Source: Rhynchopus sp. YZ270_cl-10
Taxonomy: Eukaryota
Assembly: GCA_964035575.1 (NCBI GenBank)
Contig: OZ037842.1
Location: forward strand, 992,001 to 1,056,000
Length of the DNA: 64,000 bases
Reading direction: 5' to 3'
The translations under genes were made by a program, and so were the position numbers. Shown here piece after piece: positions 12,607 through 24,289 of the stretch. Under the pieces are notes generated by a model. It made no database searches, had not been told where the DNA came from, and saw only the letters and a program-made list of their open reading frames with translations. The stretch's first letter is position 1. Every line of letters starts with the position of its first letter.

Positions 12607-13011
12607 ATGCCTGCTGTGACGCGTACGAGTGGACCTGGGAGGAGTTATTATTATTTGGTGAGGAGGGCGGATGGGAGTATGTCCACAGAGGGCCCTGTCA
12701 CGTTTACACAGATGGGGGTTGCTGCGAGGGCAAGAGAGGTGCATGAGTGGACGTTGTTTGCCACTGAGGAGACGGATCAATGGAAGGTGATGGGTGACAA
12801 CCCTGAGCTCTACGCGCAACTGATCCGCGATCCATCAGAGCATGTCGGGACTTTGAAACGGATGCGAACAGGTAGCAGCAGTGGTAGTGGTGGCACAGCA
12901 GCACACCCAAAGCTCACCCACGCCTCATCAGACCCAGCCTTTGAACGCAGCGACGTTAAATCCGCAGTCCTCCTCCGAAAAGCACTCAGCTCAGCTTCCA
13001 TGAAAAGTTGA
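12607..13011 (+). CDS. Small protein with GYF_2 (DUF4339)-like domain
   Basis: YYYL...EGPVTFTQM...TLFATEETDQWKVMGDNPEL matches the GYF_2 pattern (WYY..GP.S..EL..TLVW..G...W......EL) by eye. Confidence 0.65.
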   Translation: MPAVTRTSGPGRSYYYLVRRADGSMSTEGPVTFTQMGVAARAREVHEWTLFATEETDQWKVMGDNPELYAQLIRDPSEHVGTLKRMRTGSSSGSGGTAAHPKLTHASSDPAFERSDVKSAVLLRKALSSASMKS

Positions 13012-13172
13012 AGGCTTCCTGAAAATTCTTGCTTGTTTTCTAACCCATTTTGGATCTTAATATTGCTGGAATAACGAACTAAACTCTCCCCATTTTTTAA
13101 AGAGAAAACAGAGAAATAATCACTATTCATCAAAGGAGAGAATTAATTCTTGTACACAAAAAGCAGAAAAAA

Positions 13173-13663
13173 ATGTCTGAATTTGGAGACCGTCCAGCAA
13201 ACCTTATTAAGGCGTTTGCAGTGTTTGATGTCGATGGGTCTGGGACGGTGCCGGTGGATGTGTTGCGTATTGTGCTGACAAGGTATCCTCATTGTGCACG
13301 ACTCGCTCTTTTTTACCATTGTGCAAAACCATACAGCTGATGCTGTACATGAGGCTTAGGTTCATCCTGCGAAACTATTATCTTGCCAACTTTGAGCATG
13401 TGGCAGATCATCTCATGCTTTCACTTCTGTTAACTTGAAAATACCTATAGGGGGTGGTACGGTAATAACTGTAATAATAGGTCCCCTTTAGATTTATAAC
13501 TTTTCCATTCCCACTCACTCATCTACAACCCTGCACCCTTTACAGCCTTGGCGATAAATTGACCACCGAGGAAATGGATGAACTCGTCTCTGAAGCCGAC
13601 GTGCACGGAGAAGGCACAGTGCAATATGAGCCCTTTGTAAAAAACATTGTGTTTGGTGCGTGA
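13173..13663 (+). CDS. Two-EF-hand calmodulin-like protein (75 aa), 2 exons; absent from the ORF track
   Basis: Exons 13173-13282 and 13546-13663 (GTATCC...TACAG) give [75 protein letters not shown], which resembles the calmodulin C-lobe. Confidence 0.88.
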
Positions 13664-13955
13664 CCAGTCCCCTATCGCATCCCTCATGCTTCCCACCCTT
13701 CTTTCCCTGTGTGTTGTGCAATTTATATAGAAAGAGGTTAGAAATACCACAAATGCTCCCCCTATGTTTTTCCTGTATTCAACTCAGGCAACCTGTTTGC
13801 TATGTACTGTATCGTCTGTCATTTTTGTGAGTTGATTGGTGTGTCCTGCAGTTCAGCAGTTTCTCCTGCAGTGTTGTGTTGGTTCCCTATGCCACCCACT
13901 CACTTTCCCTATGCACCCACACTCACCCACCTATCCAGGTAAATAAAACAACATC

Positions 13956-15578
13956 ATGCGTGTGATCCCCGCTGTCTGTGCGGCCCTGCTGGCCACATCC
14001 GCCTTCGCCGTCCCCCACGAGACCATCCGCTCCCCTGCAGGATGGACCAAGGGAGAGGTGACCGGGTCTGACCTCCAGTTCACCGTTGCCCTGAAGCACT
14101 CCACCGCCCAGAGGGAGTGGCTTAAGGAGAACGTCAAGGCCGTGAGCACCCCCGGAAGCAAGCACTACGGCAAGTACATGTCCCTCGAGGATCTGTCCCT
14201 GTGGATGACCGTGTCGCAGGAGACCGTGAACGTTGTGAAGCAGGAGATGGTCGCAGCAGGATTCAACGATGTTGCCCTCCTCCGCAGCAAGGACATGCTC
14301 CAGGCCACCGCCTCCGCCAAGGTTGCATCCGAGTTCTTCAAGACCGAGTTCTGCCTGTGGACCAACGCCGAGCTCAACCTCCGCATCATCCGTGCCTGCG
14401 AGCTCTCGTACGACCTCCCCGCCGCCATGTCCGCCAACGTCGACTTCGTCAGCGGACTTGTCCACTTCCCCTCCCCGCAGGGACCCCACAAGGGTAACCT
14501 TGACGTGACCGTTTCCGCCAGCGACTTCGTCGAGAACATCCGCAAGACCTACAACATGGAAAGCATCAAGGCCTCCTCGGGCAAGAGCACCACCGCCTTC
14601 ACCCAGTTCATCGGACAGATGTACAACGACGCCGACGTTGCCGCTTTCCTGAAGCACTACCTGGAGGGCCAGGAGGGACAGACCGTCGCCAAGAAGGTTG
14701 GACCCACTGAGGAGGGACACGGAACTGAGGCACTTCTGGACGCTGAGTACCTTCTCGGTATGGGCAACGGTGTTGAGACATGGGTGTGGACCAACCAGAA
14801 CAAGAACACCGTCAACAACCAGGAGCCCTGGGCCGAGTTCTTCACGAACGTGTCGAACGACGCGACCGTGCCGAACCTGTTCTCCATCTCCTACGGCGAG
14901 GGTGAGGACACCGTCACCAAGGTCTACATGGACCGTTGCGACCTTGAGCTCCAGAAGGCTGCCGCACGTGGTATCACCATCCTCGCTGCCTCGGGAGACA
15001 ACGGTGCTGGCTGTGGCAAGGGAGGACTCTTCGTTGCCAACTTCCCTGCCTCCCTTCCCCACATCACCTCCGTTGGAGGAACCGAGACCTGCAACGTTGG
15101 GTCGTCCGTGGCAGGGTTCTCGAGCGGTGGGTTCAGCGCGACCTACGCACGCCCGGACTGGCAGAAGGACGCCGTTGAGGAGTTCCTCAAGTCTGCGACA
15201 CTTCCCCCATCCAGCGTGTTCAACTCCACTGGCCGTGCCTACCCTGACGTGTCTGCGTGCGGAGATGTCCAGATCTGCTCCCGCGGCATCTGCGGTCTCC
15301 CGGTTGGCGGAACCTCGTGCGCGTGCCCGATCTTCGGAGGAGTGATGGGCCTTGCCAACGACGCCAGGCTCGCACAGGGCAAGTCTGCACTTGGTTTCCT
15401 TGCCCCCGCACTCTACAAGGCCTGGGCCAACGACAAGACGTCCTTCGACGACGTCACCAGCGGAAGCACCCAGGGCTGCTCTGGACACTCCTGGAAGGCT
15501 CAGTCCGGATGGGACGCCACCTCCGGACTCGGAACACCGAACTTCCGCAACCTCGTGAAGCAGCTCCTCTCCTTCTAG
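13956..15578 (+). CDS. Sedolisin / tripeptidyl-peptidase I-like S53 serine protease with signal peptide and prodomain
   Basis: Signal peptide; prodomain TPGSKHYGKYMS; EALLD (Glu/Asp), SISYG, ASGDNG, SSGGFS, RAYPDVSA, GGTSC (Ser), GWDATSGLGTP. Strong C/G third-position bias. Confidence 0.95.
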   Translation: MRVIPAVCAALLATSAFAVPHETIRSPAGWTKGEVTGSDLQFTVALKHSTAQREWLKENVKAVSTPGSKHYGKYMSLEDLSLWMTVSQETVNVVKQEMVAAGFNDVALLRSKDMLQATASAKVASEFFKTEFCLWTNAELNLRIIRACELSYDLPAAMSANVDFVSGLVHFPSPQGPHKGNLDVTVSASDFVENIRKTYNMESIKASSGKSTTAFTQFIGQMYNDADVAAFLKHYLEGQEGQTVAKKVGPTEEGHGTEALLDAEYLLGMGNGVETWVWTNQNKNTVNNQEPWAEFFTNVSNDATVPNLFSISYGEGEDTVTKVYMDRCDLELQKAAARGITILAASGDNGAGCGKGGLFVANFPASLPHITSVGGTETCNVGSSVAGFSSGGFSATYARPDWQKDAVEEFLKSATLPPSSVFNSTGRAYPDVSACGDVQICSRGICGLPVGGTSCACPIFGGVMGLANDARLAQGKSALGFLAPALYKAWANDKTSFDDVTSGSTQGCSGHSWKAQSGWDATSGLGTPNFRNLVKQLLSF

Positions 15579-16175
15579 AAAGCTACCCCCCTCCCGACTC
15601 CCATATGAAGGAAAAAAAAGCAAAAGAAAAAAAAACCTATTAACGTAATGTGAAGCAAGGCGTGGCATGTAATGTTGTTTGTTTGCATCCAAAAGAAGGG
15701 TGAATTTAAAGGTAACCAAGCATCGTGCTTAGGTTCATCCTCACAAACTTTTCTCTTTCTTTTATTTTGTTTCGGATGTTAGTACTTACTGTTTGTTAAA
15801 GTAGTAAGTATTTGCATTTGCATGTTTTCTTTCACATCTTTTGAAGAAATTTAGAAAGACCTGGGAGGACAGGACTAATTGCCTTCCCGTCTGGAAACAA
15901 AAAAAATCTACAAAAGAACAACGGAAGAAACCTACAAGAAAACTCGCGTGTGTCTCCTATGTATATCCCCCTGTTTCAAAAAAAACAAAAACAAAAAAAA
16001 AAAACGACGTATAACAATTACGGGGTTGATCTGGGGGGTGCTTCCCCCCCCTTCCGCCCCTTATCCACACAAGCCGACGTCTTTTCTCTTTATTTTATTT
16101 TATACCACATTTTTTTTTCCTATTCCCCCCCCGACTAACGACCTTTATTCAAAAAAAAAAAAGAGCAATTTGTTT

Positions 16176-17038
16176 CAGGGAAGTTCCTAAGTGAGACCGA
16201 GAACATGAAATTCTGGATTTTAGTTTTTTTTTCCTTTTTTTTTTTCCTTTTTTCCTTGGGGGGCTTTCTTGTGGTTTCTGGTGGGTGTCACTGTAGGTGA
16301 CACACCACCAGTGTGGTGAAATGGTCGAAACTCTCAAAAGCAAGAGTTTTCAGGGGGCAAGAAAAAAAAATTGACACCAAAATCCTGCACCATCCAGGGC
16401 TGTATCCCCAATTTTTTTTGCCTGCGGCGCCATTTTTCATTTTTTGCTCTGCAAAAAAGGGTTCGTTGGAAGCTAGATTTTTACACCGTACCCAAAATTT
16501 TTTGCCTGCGGCGCCATTTATATTATTTTTTTGCTCCGCAAAAAGAGAAGTGCAAACGCCTCACCGTTCATCGGCGGAAGCACTGGTTCCACGGGTTATC
16601 GAACCCCAGAGAGCTACCACGAGGGAGCGTATATGCAGGCACAAAATCACTGCCCCATCCAAATAATATTCCCAACGTCTTTGGGGATCCCCTTGCATTT
16701 TGCAGCCAAAATGCAACTAGACCAAAGCTGCAAAAAGTTCCGCGCGCGTGTAGCGCGCCCGGATTTGGGACCCCTTTTTGAATTTCGAGGGGCGGTTAAA
16801 GTGGGCCCAGAATCACAGTTCTGACACTCATTTAGCATTGTGAGCAACGTACTAGTTGTCGTAACCAAAATTTGTATCAATCAAGAACTTGTCCATTTTC
16901 TCGAAATGACCCCACTACAGTGAGGGTAGAGCTCGGAAAGCCCGAAAAAGGGCAAAAAACCCCACCCAAAAAAAGGAAAAAAACGGGAACATAAATCCAG
17001 AATTTTGCTGTTTTTTCCGAGAACAAGGGGCAACCCTG
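16176..17038. mobile_element. hAT-like non-autonomous element B, copy 1
   Basis: Termini CAGGG...CCCTG. Perfect 8-bp TSD ATTTGTTT (16168-16175, 17039-17046). Close second copy at 25441-26328. Confidence 0.9.
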
Positions 17039-17123
17039 ATTTGTTTTGCTTCTTCCTTTTCTCCCTCCCCTTCTCTTACCCCCTTACCCCTTCTCACAGA
17101 CTATTTAAAAGAGATCCACGAAG

Positions 17124-17909
17124 ATGGCTGTGGTTATTGCACGCCATGGAGAGAGGTCTGACTATGTTGATCGCGAGGCTTTTGTGAAGTCTACACAGTT
17201 TCAGGAGAGGCCGTGGGATCCTTTGTTGACGGAGACAGGGCGGAAGCAGGCGGGGTTGATGGCTGCACGGGTGCAAAAGGAGTTGGTGGAACGGGATTTC
17301 CCTCCTGTTACTCGGGTGTTCGCATCGCCTTTCATCCGCACCGTGGAGACTGCGGAGGAGGCGTGCAAGGTGCTTGGCATTGACACAATCCATGTCGAAA
17401 ACGGGATGGTCGAGGCGCTCTGTGAGGAGTGGTTCCGCTCCTGGGCGGTGCCCGGTGCAGACACAACCTGGGGTGGTCCCAAGCACTCCCGCTGTGGCGT
17501 CCCGGTCGCCACCTCCGACATTGACCCGCGCGCAATGAAAGGCCCCTCCGCCTGGCTCCTCACACCTGAAGAGCTCAAAGCCCGTGTCTCCCCCCTCGTC
17601 TCTCTGACCTACGAGCCGCACATCTGCTTCCAAGACAACATCACCTGGGAAACCCCCGAAACCATGACCGGCGACACCGCCGCACGCTGCGCAGAGACCG
17701 TCCGAGGTGTCGCCCGGAGATACCCCAACGAGACCGTTCTGTTCCTCTCCCACTCCGGCCCGGCGCAGAATATGTACGCAAAATTGACCGAAGACCCGAA
17801 GATCATCCCATGCGATTACACAGGGGTCTTTATGTTTAAACCGAAGGATGCTGAGCATAAGGAGCCGTATGAGGGGCTCTTGAAAGGCTGCAGTGAGCAC
17901 ATTCGTTGA
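17124..17909 (+). CDS. Histidine phosphatase (phosphoglycerate mutase superfamily)
   Basis: RHGER, DPLLTETGRKQA, FASPFIRTVETA, LFLSHSG. Confidence 0.92.
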   Translation: MAVVIARHGERSDYVDREAFVKSTQFQERPWDPLLTETGRKQAGLMAARVQKELVERDFPPVTRVFASPFIRTVETAEEACKVLGIDTIHVENGMVEALCEEWFRSWAVPGADTTWGGPKHSRCGVPVATSDIDPRAMKGPSAWLLTPEELKARVSPLVSLTYEPHICFQDNITWETPETMTGDTAARCAETVRGVARRYPNETVLFLSHSGPAQNMYAKLTEDPKIIPCDYTGVFMFKPKDAEHKEPYEGLLKGCSEHIR

Positions 17910-18072
17910 TTTGTCTCAAGGTAACTGAACACGAGGCTTGGGTTCACCTTATTAAACTTTTCTTTGTGTCGTACATTCGTGTCGTATTATACAAAACGTA
18001 ATGCTTATCCCCCCCCCCTTATCTTTCACTTTGCATCTCAAACCCCTCCTACTTCCCAACATCTACCTCAGA

Positions 18073-19164
18073 ATGGACATTACACTGATTGATGAGGCTG
18101 GGACGTCTCTTGTATATGAGGTTGACCCGTCAGCTACGTTGCAAAGATTCTCTGAGGAAGTAGCGAAGCTGTTCGGTAAAGATGCTGGAAGCATTCGACT
18201 AATGTACGATGGTGCGGAGCTGGAGTTCGTTGAACAGCTGGAGGCGGGGTCGGAGGTGTGTGTTGAGGTGTCGTATTTGGCGTATCAAGAGCTCCTTCGG
18301 AAGAAGGGGTCTCGATTTGACCAAATGCCGAAGCATGTGCGCAGCGACCACGCCACCGCCCTAGTTGCTCTCCAAATGGATTTGCACTGTCTCCCCAAAG
18401 TCGGCATCTCTCTGCAGACGGATCACCGCTTTCTCGTTGACGCTGTTCGCGTCTCGGTCTACGTCATTCGCTCCAATGCGATGGCAAAAAGCGCAGACCT
18501 CCTCGTCGCCTGCATCGAGGCCAACCCAAGTTGTCTCCGGATCTGCCCCTGGGGGATCCTCACCGACCCCATCATGAAGCGTGTTCTCGCCCTCCGTAGC
18601 GATATGCTTACCTGGCTCCCATCTGCGATGATGAGACACAAATATGTGCAGATGGCAGTGGAGCTGGACGGTCTATCCCTCCGCTACGCCAAACAGGAGT
18701 ACCAAGACGACGCAGACATCGTGGATGCAGCGATCGAACAGAACCCTATGGCACTGCGCTATGCAGGGCGTGTTCTGCGTAGTTCTCTTTCCAGGTTGGT
18801 GATGAAAAAATGTCCAGGGTTTCTGCAGTTTGCGGGGCACGATCTCAGAGATGATCGCGATATTGTGAAAGAAGCAGTTACGTCCGACTCAAGTCTGTTC
18901 AAATTCTGTAGCAAGCGACTCAAGCAAAACACCGAGTTCGTGATTGAGATGATGCAGATCGATGCGAGTCTGTTCAAGCAGGCCTCTGCAAGCGTCAGGT
19001 CTGACCCGCACGTTGTAGAGTTGGCTCTCAAAGCACAGGAAGCGAAGCCGGGCATGCTTCGCTTTGCATGCCCAGTGTGTGGTGCGTCGCGTAGCAGGAC
19101 GGGGTGTTATTTCAATTCAGAGGAGTCGCTTGCGATCCATATGAAAGACGCGCATTCGAAATGA
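18073..19164 (+). CDS. Ubiquitin-like N-terminus + DUF4116-like repeats + C-terminal C2H2-like finger
   Basis: IRLMYDGAEL is ubiquitin-like. Repeats DDADIVDAAIEQNPMALRYA and DDRDIVKEAV. C-terminal CPVC...HMKDAH. Confidence 0.75.
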   Translation: MDITLIDEAGTSLVYEVDPSATLQRFSEEVAKLFGKDAGSIRLMYDGAELEFVEQLEAGSEVCVEVSYLAYQELLRKKGSRFDQMPKHVRSDHATALVALQMDLHCLPKVGISLQTDHRFLVDAVRVSVYVIRSNAMAKSADLLVACIEANPSCLRICPWGILTDPIMKRVLALRSDMLTWLPSAMMRHKYVQMAVELDGLSLRYAKQEYQDDADIVDAAIEQNPMALRYAGRVLRSSLSRLVMKKCPGFLQFAGHDLRDDRDIVKEAVTSDSSLFKFCSKRLKQNTEFVIEMMQIDASLFKQASASVRSDPHVVELALKAQEAKPGMLRFACPVCGASRSRTGCYFNSEESLAIHMKDAHSK

Positions 19165-19960
19165 ATGTCCAATCCGTCACATGAGGAATGCGAACCGGCA
19201 CATCGCCATTGAACCTCCTAACCAATATGTTGCGAAGGTGATCTACACGGTTCCATTCATTGTCTTTTTAGTGCATCTGCAAAAAAGCTGCCATTCTACT
19301 TATACACTATAGTGCGTGCGTCCGTGAGGAATGTATTTTTTGGTTTGTTCTGCTCAAGATGGACAGATGTTTTTATGTGACCAGGACTTATTTCAGATGA
19401 CACACGGGAGGCTTAGTATCATCTCACAATTTTCTCCTTTATTTTTCCTAAATGTGAAGATGTGTGTGGATGAGATAAGACAAAGATTTATCTTTTGTGC
19501 TTTTTTTTCCCCCTCTCTCTGTCTCTCTTTTTCTTTTCTTTTCTTCTCGCCTTAGCCTTTTGCCACTTGTAACTCGACCAATCTACCGTGCCACGTCAGC
19601 TAGATTATAGGTGAAAGTTATGATAGAGGCGAAGCGCTCTGTCTGTAAATAAGACAGGCAACTTGTTCTTGAGACGGCATAATACTTGTTACATATCAAG
19701 GCGTCCTATAAACTTTTCTTTTTTGTTTGCTGAATGGTTTACGAATGCAAAATATGACCCACCGCCCTTATTTCACATCCAAACTCGCCTCTTCCGATAC
19801 CCCAATGTACGTTTCCAACTCACCCTCCGTGCAGGCGTCCCCTCCCCGCCCCACTACACAAACCCTTCCGCCTCTTTTTAAAGGAGGTGTGCTTTCGCCC
19901 CTTTCCCTCTTTTTTATCCACCTAAATTATTCCCCCTGATCCACTTCATATGTTGGTGAG

Positions 19961-21136
19961 ATGAGGGTTCTCTTTTTGTTGGTTTGTGTCTCATATTGCA
20001 CACATGCTGATGATGTGGGGAATGTTGAGGTGGACTACTTTGACAGTGATGACGACAACACGACATCTGCGCCAAAGCACATGTCCACCGTCCCTACCCC
20101 TGCACCTGGCTCAGTTGACCTACGCTGCAGGACGTTCCACTCATGCTCTGTAAACGGCGACTTCCTAGCACGTTGCATCCGTGGTGCTTGCTCATGCAGC
20201 ACAGGGTACAAACCCGCGCACGTCGGTGGCGTGGTTGTCCCCCTCTGCATGCACTCCGAACAGGAGATCGAAAGCATGAACATAGGTGTTCAGTTCCGCC
20301 TCCAATGGGCCTACCTCGACATACAGTCCTTCGATTGGGAGCATTTCGACGAACTCACACAACTAGTGGACAGCATCCTCGGGCAGGTCAAAGGGCGCCT
20401 TGTCATCTCTCTCCGCGGCACCGACATCATCGGGGTTGCGGATGTCTCGGTGATGCAGCTGGAACGGCTTGATTCGTTTGAGAGCTCCCTGCGGGAGGGG
20501 ATGACGGGCACATCGCTGAGTGCGTACTCCTCAAACTTTTCCTCCGCAATCTATGCGGGAGAGGACTGCCCTCCTGTGGTTGGTGTGCTGTATCAGGTCC
20601 CCGACCCGAGCGGTGGATGTGTCCCTACACAGTGCAGTCAGGGGTACTCTTCTTCACAGGCAGGGACGAGATGTGAGTTGACGGAAGACTCACATCCATT
20701 TGTCTCTGCACCGAGGGTAGTGGGGTTTATCGTTGGGTCTTTAGCATTGCTTGTGGTTATTGGCTTTATTTTGACGTGCACCTATCGGAGTAAAGGGAAG
20801 GGAAATATGCAGGGCAACGGTTGCCAGGAGAAGCACACAGAGAACACGCATCTCGACACAACACGTTCAATGGTGTCGCTGTCGTCCTTCACACAGTCGC
20901 AGCCCTCCCCACGGCCTATGGACGTAGTGCTTCCTCCCATCCTCAAGAAAAAGGACTCTGAGATCCGCCCTTCCGCCCCTCTCCCACCTATCGACCCCTC
21001 CACCTCTACCTCGTCACAGCAGACAGAAAGAAGCGCCTCAAAAGCATCTGCACTTCATTTCCACCAAGTCATCGTCGACACCACAAAAGACGAACCCGGT
21101 ACCCCACCCTCAGAACCAGAAGAAGCGAGCATATGA
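19961..21136 (+). CDS. Type I membrane protein with Cys-rich (EGF-like) ectodomain
   Basis: Signal peptide, CIRGACSCSTGY, a single hydrophobic helix VVGFIVGSLALLVVIGFILTC, Ser/Pro-rich tail. Confidence 0.8.
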   Translation: MRVLFLLVCVSYCTHADDVGNVEVDYFDSDDDNTTSAPKHMSTVPTPAPGSVDLRCRTFHSCSVNGDFLARCIRGACSCSTGYKPAHVGGVVVPLCMHSEQEIESMNIGVQFRLQWAYLDIQSFDWEHFDELTQLVDSILGQVKGRLVISLRGTDIIGVADVSVMQLERLDSFESSLREGMTGTSLSAYSSNFSSAIYAGEDCPPVVGVLYQVPDPSGGCVPTQCSQGYSSSQAGTRCELTEDSHPFVSAPRVVGFIVGSLALLVVIGFILTCTYRSKGKGNMQGNGCQEKHTENTHLDTTRSMVSLSSFTQSQPSPRPMDVVLPPILKKKDSEIRPSAPLPPIDPSTSTSSQQTERSASKASALHFHQVIVDTTKDEPGTPPSEPEEASI

Positions 21137-22376
21137 GGTGAGGGGTATTGTATTTTTTTTTTGTATTTTATTGTGAAAAAATGTGTCGGAGTTGTGAAAT
21201 GGGTGACCCTATCCGGGGAGCCCCAGCTCGTTTCAAAATTTTTCTGTTATTTTAGTTCCAACAAATTCAGGCTAAATTTTTTTTTTAGGTTGAGAGGAAG
21301 CTAAAATGATTTTTTTTTTTGCGTTCGAGGGATTGAGTCCCTGATATTTTTTTTCTGAGTCTCTGGTTCGCATAGGGAAAAAGAAAATGTGGGAAAATAC
21401 ACAATTATACACTTGCAAATCAGAATTTAAAAAAAACCCACCGCAACTATTTCCCAACGGAAAGAATTTTCTTTTCCAAAAAAGAAAGAAATAAGGAAAA
21501 CAATGATTTCCTCCTCATCTCCTCCCTCCCCCCCCTCTGCCCCTATTTTTTGTTTTGTTTTTATGTCCTTTCTGTTTTGTTCAGGTCTTGAGTATTTTTG
21601 TTGTTATTCTCATACACCCTTTTCGCCGCCCCCTGCCTGGTAATGTGTCACCTCTCCACGGTCACATAGATCTTTAGTTTCTGACCACAGAAATGAAAAG
21701 ATATTATGGACTCCCTCGACTCGCCATATTGCCTTGCATCGGAGCTATATTTTTGGGTGTGAAAAAAAAAAAAAAAAATGGGGCAAATCAGTGATCACAA
21801 TCATCCTCGGGTGTCTACGCTAATACATCACCGGGTCTTCTTGGGGCAAAACCAGGTCAGGCTAGGCCAAAAACCTCTCGGGTGATCCATCAACTATTTC
21901 TTTGTTCGTAAATGTGCTATCCATCAAAATGATTATTATTATTTTTTGCGTCAGTAACTGACGAAGACCCCCCTTCCTGGGTGAGACCCCCCATGGAATT
22001 CGAATAAACACCCCCTTTTTGAAAAAAAAACCCCCCTTCTCGAATCCCTGTGAAGAACGCACAATACAAGGGTGGGGTGTGACACCTCCACTGGAGGGCG
22101 TGGATCAAGATTTGACCGAATCCTAGAAAAATTCAAAAATTCTATATCGGGCCCGGGCCCTGATTTCAAATGCGAAGGAAAAAAAATACAACCAAAATAA
22201 AAGAAAAATAAAACATCAGTGTTCGTTCCACGCCCGCTTTCAGTCGACCGGAAATAAAGATGTCGACACTACAAATGGCTAAGTTTTTTTTTTCCGGCCT
22301 ACGTCCAGGGAGACGTTTGCATTTTTAACTTTCTCTTTTTTTTTTGGAGAGCTTTTTTTTTTTTTGATGATTTGTC

Positions 22377-22672
22377 CAGGCTCTCCGCTAGGATTTCCGA
22401 TTTTGAAAATATTCTGTTGATGGTCCACGTGGTGGGGTACATGCTTGCGCCGCAGGCGCACGGTACGCAACTTTTTTTTTTACCAACGCCCGATTTTGAC
22501 TTTTTTGGGACGTTTGAGCACTCACCTCTCCATATCTTCTTCTCCTGAGCTTTTTTGACAGGTAGAACGGGTCTGAACCACTTAGCAGAACTTTTTTTTT
22601 TTTCTTTTTTCCCCCATTTTCAAAAAGTTCTGTTGACAATCAACAGAACTTTAGTACCTAGCGGAGTGCCTG
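22377..22672. mobile_element. MITE with CAGGC TIRs
   Basis: CAGGCTCTCCGCTAGG / CCTAGCGGAGTGCCTG (15/16 inverted match). Contains GCGCCGCAGGCGC, the reverse of a motif in elements A and B. Confidence 0.75.
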
Positions 22673-24289
22673 AAATGATTTGTCAAAAAATAATAATTGC
22701 GAAATGAAAATCAAGAAGGATACGATGCACGCTTCAACAGGGGTAGTTCCCAACCGACGTGTGTTTGGTTTCTTTTGAGAATGATTCGATTGTTAAAACA
22801 AACGAACAAATAACAATGTACCAAATATGCTACAAGAGCGGCCTTCGTGTGACCGGATACGTCCGGGAGAACGGGCATGCTTCGTTTTTATTGGCGCCTT
22901 TCTCCGTTAAGGTGTTGTGTATTGAAAAGGAAACTTCGCCCCATTTTTATTGCAGAGTAATGCAAGAAAAGAAATCTTACATAACAGGAATCACCATGGA
23001 GAGCTGCGACAATTACTCCCTCCCCCCCTGAGTCCCCCCTCTCTCCCAGTTTTATTTTAATCAAATGTGCCATGTCCCCAGTATTTTTAGTTATTTTTTT
23101 TTGCGCCCTCTTTTAGGTACACTGACACGAGAGGGCTTTGGTTTTCATCATTGTATAGTGGCTGAAGGTCACAGTTTACATATTTGGAACACATACCACA
23201 GAACCCCTCTTGACCAAAGAAGGGGTGTTCCCTGTAGACGGGAAACTCCGAAAATAAAGTAAAGAGTGATCCCAGATACAAAAAAAAAAAAAACAGTGGA
23301 GATTGCACAACTGTGGCAACACAACCGAGGCAACTACACTATCCCAACAATTTATCAAAAAAGTTACAAAGGCTTCGACCGTTGAATACAGATCTTTATA
23401 CCAGCAGGTATATAAAGTGAGTGTTCGATACAACCAGGGGCTCCGCTACCGTATAAAGTTCTGTTGCATCGCAGAACTCGTTTTTTTTTTTTTTTTAAAT
23501 ACTCCTTACTACTGCTTCTATGACCATCTCTGGGGTTCGATAACCTACACCTCCGCCTGCATCCGGTGTATGGTGTTTAGAGAAGCAGATGCAGTCTTTC
23601 GATTTTTTTTTCTTCATTTCACGAAAATGATAATTATTATGTCAGTATAACGTCAATGCAACCAAGGTTTCTGACAGGAAGCCTTGGTCGGGAAAAGGGG
23701 CACGATGGAGGGAGGGGGGGAGGCGCACTGAAGGTACCCACAACAACCCTTGCTTCGAAGACCAAACCAAAAACACTTCCTACCCTCGCAGGTCTATCTC
23801 TCGTCGAAGGAGCAATGGGGGGTCCCCTGCGTCACCCTCACCCAGATTTCGTGACTAAGCATTGTGCCGCTTAGGTTTTGCTCAACCCCTTTTTGTTCTT
23901 ATCTGTGTGTTTCAACTTTCATTTGTTGTTTTTTTGTTACGCAAAGTAATGTGGAAGTCAGCGACGATGTGTGCCAATGTTTCGCGACCTCCCACCCAAC
24001 CCCACCCTGCCATTCACATCACAAGCCATTTTTCTTCTTGGCTTCGCTCAACGAAAATATATCATTTCTTTCCCGGTTCAGTGAGCAGAGATCAAGCGAA
24101 GATCTAGACTGTTATTGTTTTTTTGTTGTTTTTTGTTTTGCATATCAAAGTTCTCGAAAATAGGAAATGTAACCAAAAGGAAATGCCCACTAACTTGTTA
24201 TGTGTGTTTTCCCCTCTTTCTTTGCACACACAACCCTACAACACTTCAGTGGGTGCGGAAAGGAAAAAAAAAAAAAAATACCTTCCGTC

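Noticed and set aside
13923..15719. 598-aa minus-strand ORF
   Set aside because: Antisense shadow of the codon-biased sedolisin gene, with no motifs. The same applies to the long antisense ORFs over HisD and the genes at 3538, 17124 and 48267.
21292..21304. GAGAGGAAGCTAA resembling the 3' end of the L1Tc/ingi 77-nt signature (HDV-like ribozyme)
   Set aside because: The upstream sequence lacks the P1/P3 helices; likely chance or too decayed to support.
23531..23545. tRNA gene suggested by the GGTTCGA motif
   Set aside because: No cloverleaf or acceptor stem at any occurrence; treated as repeat family 4.
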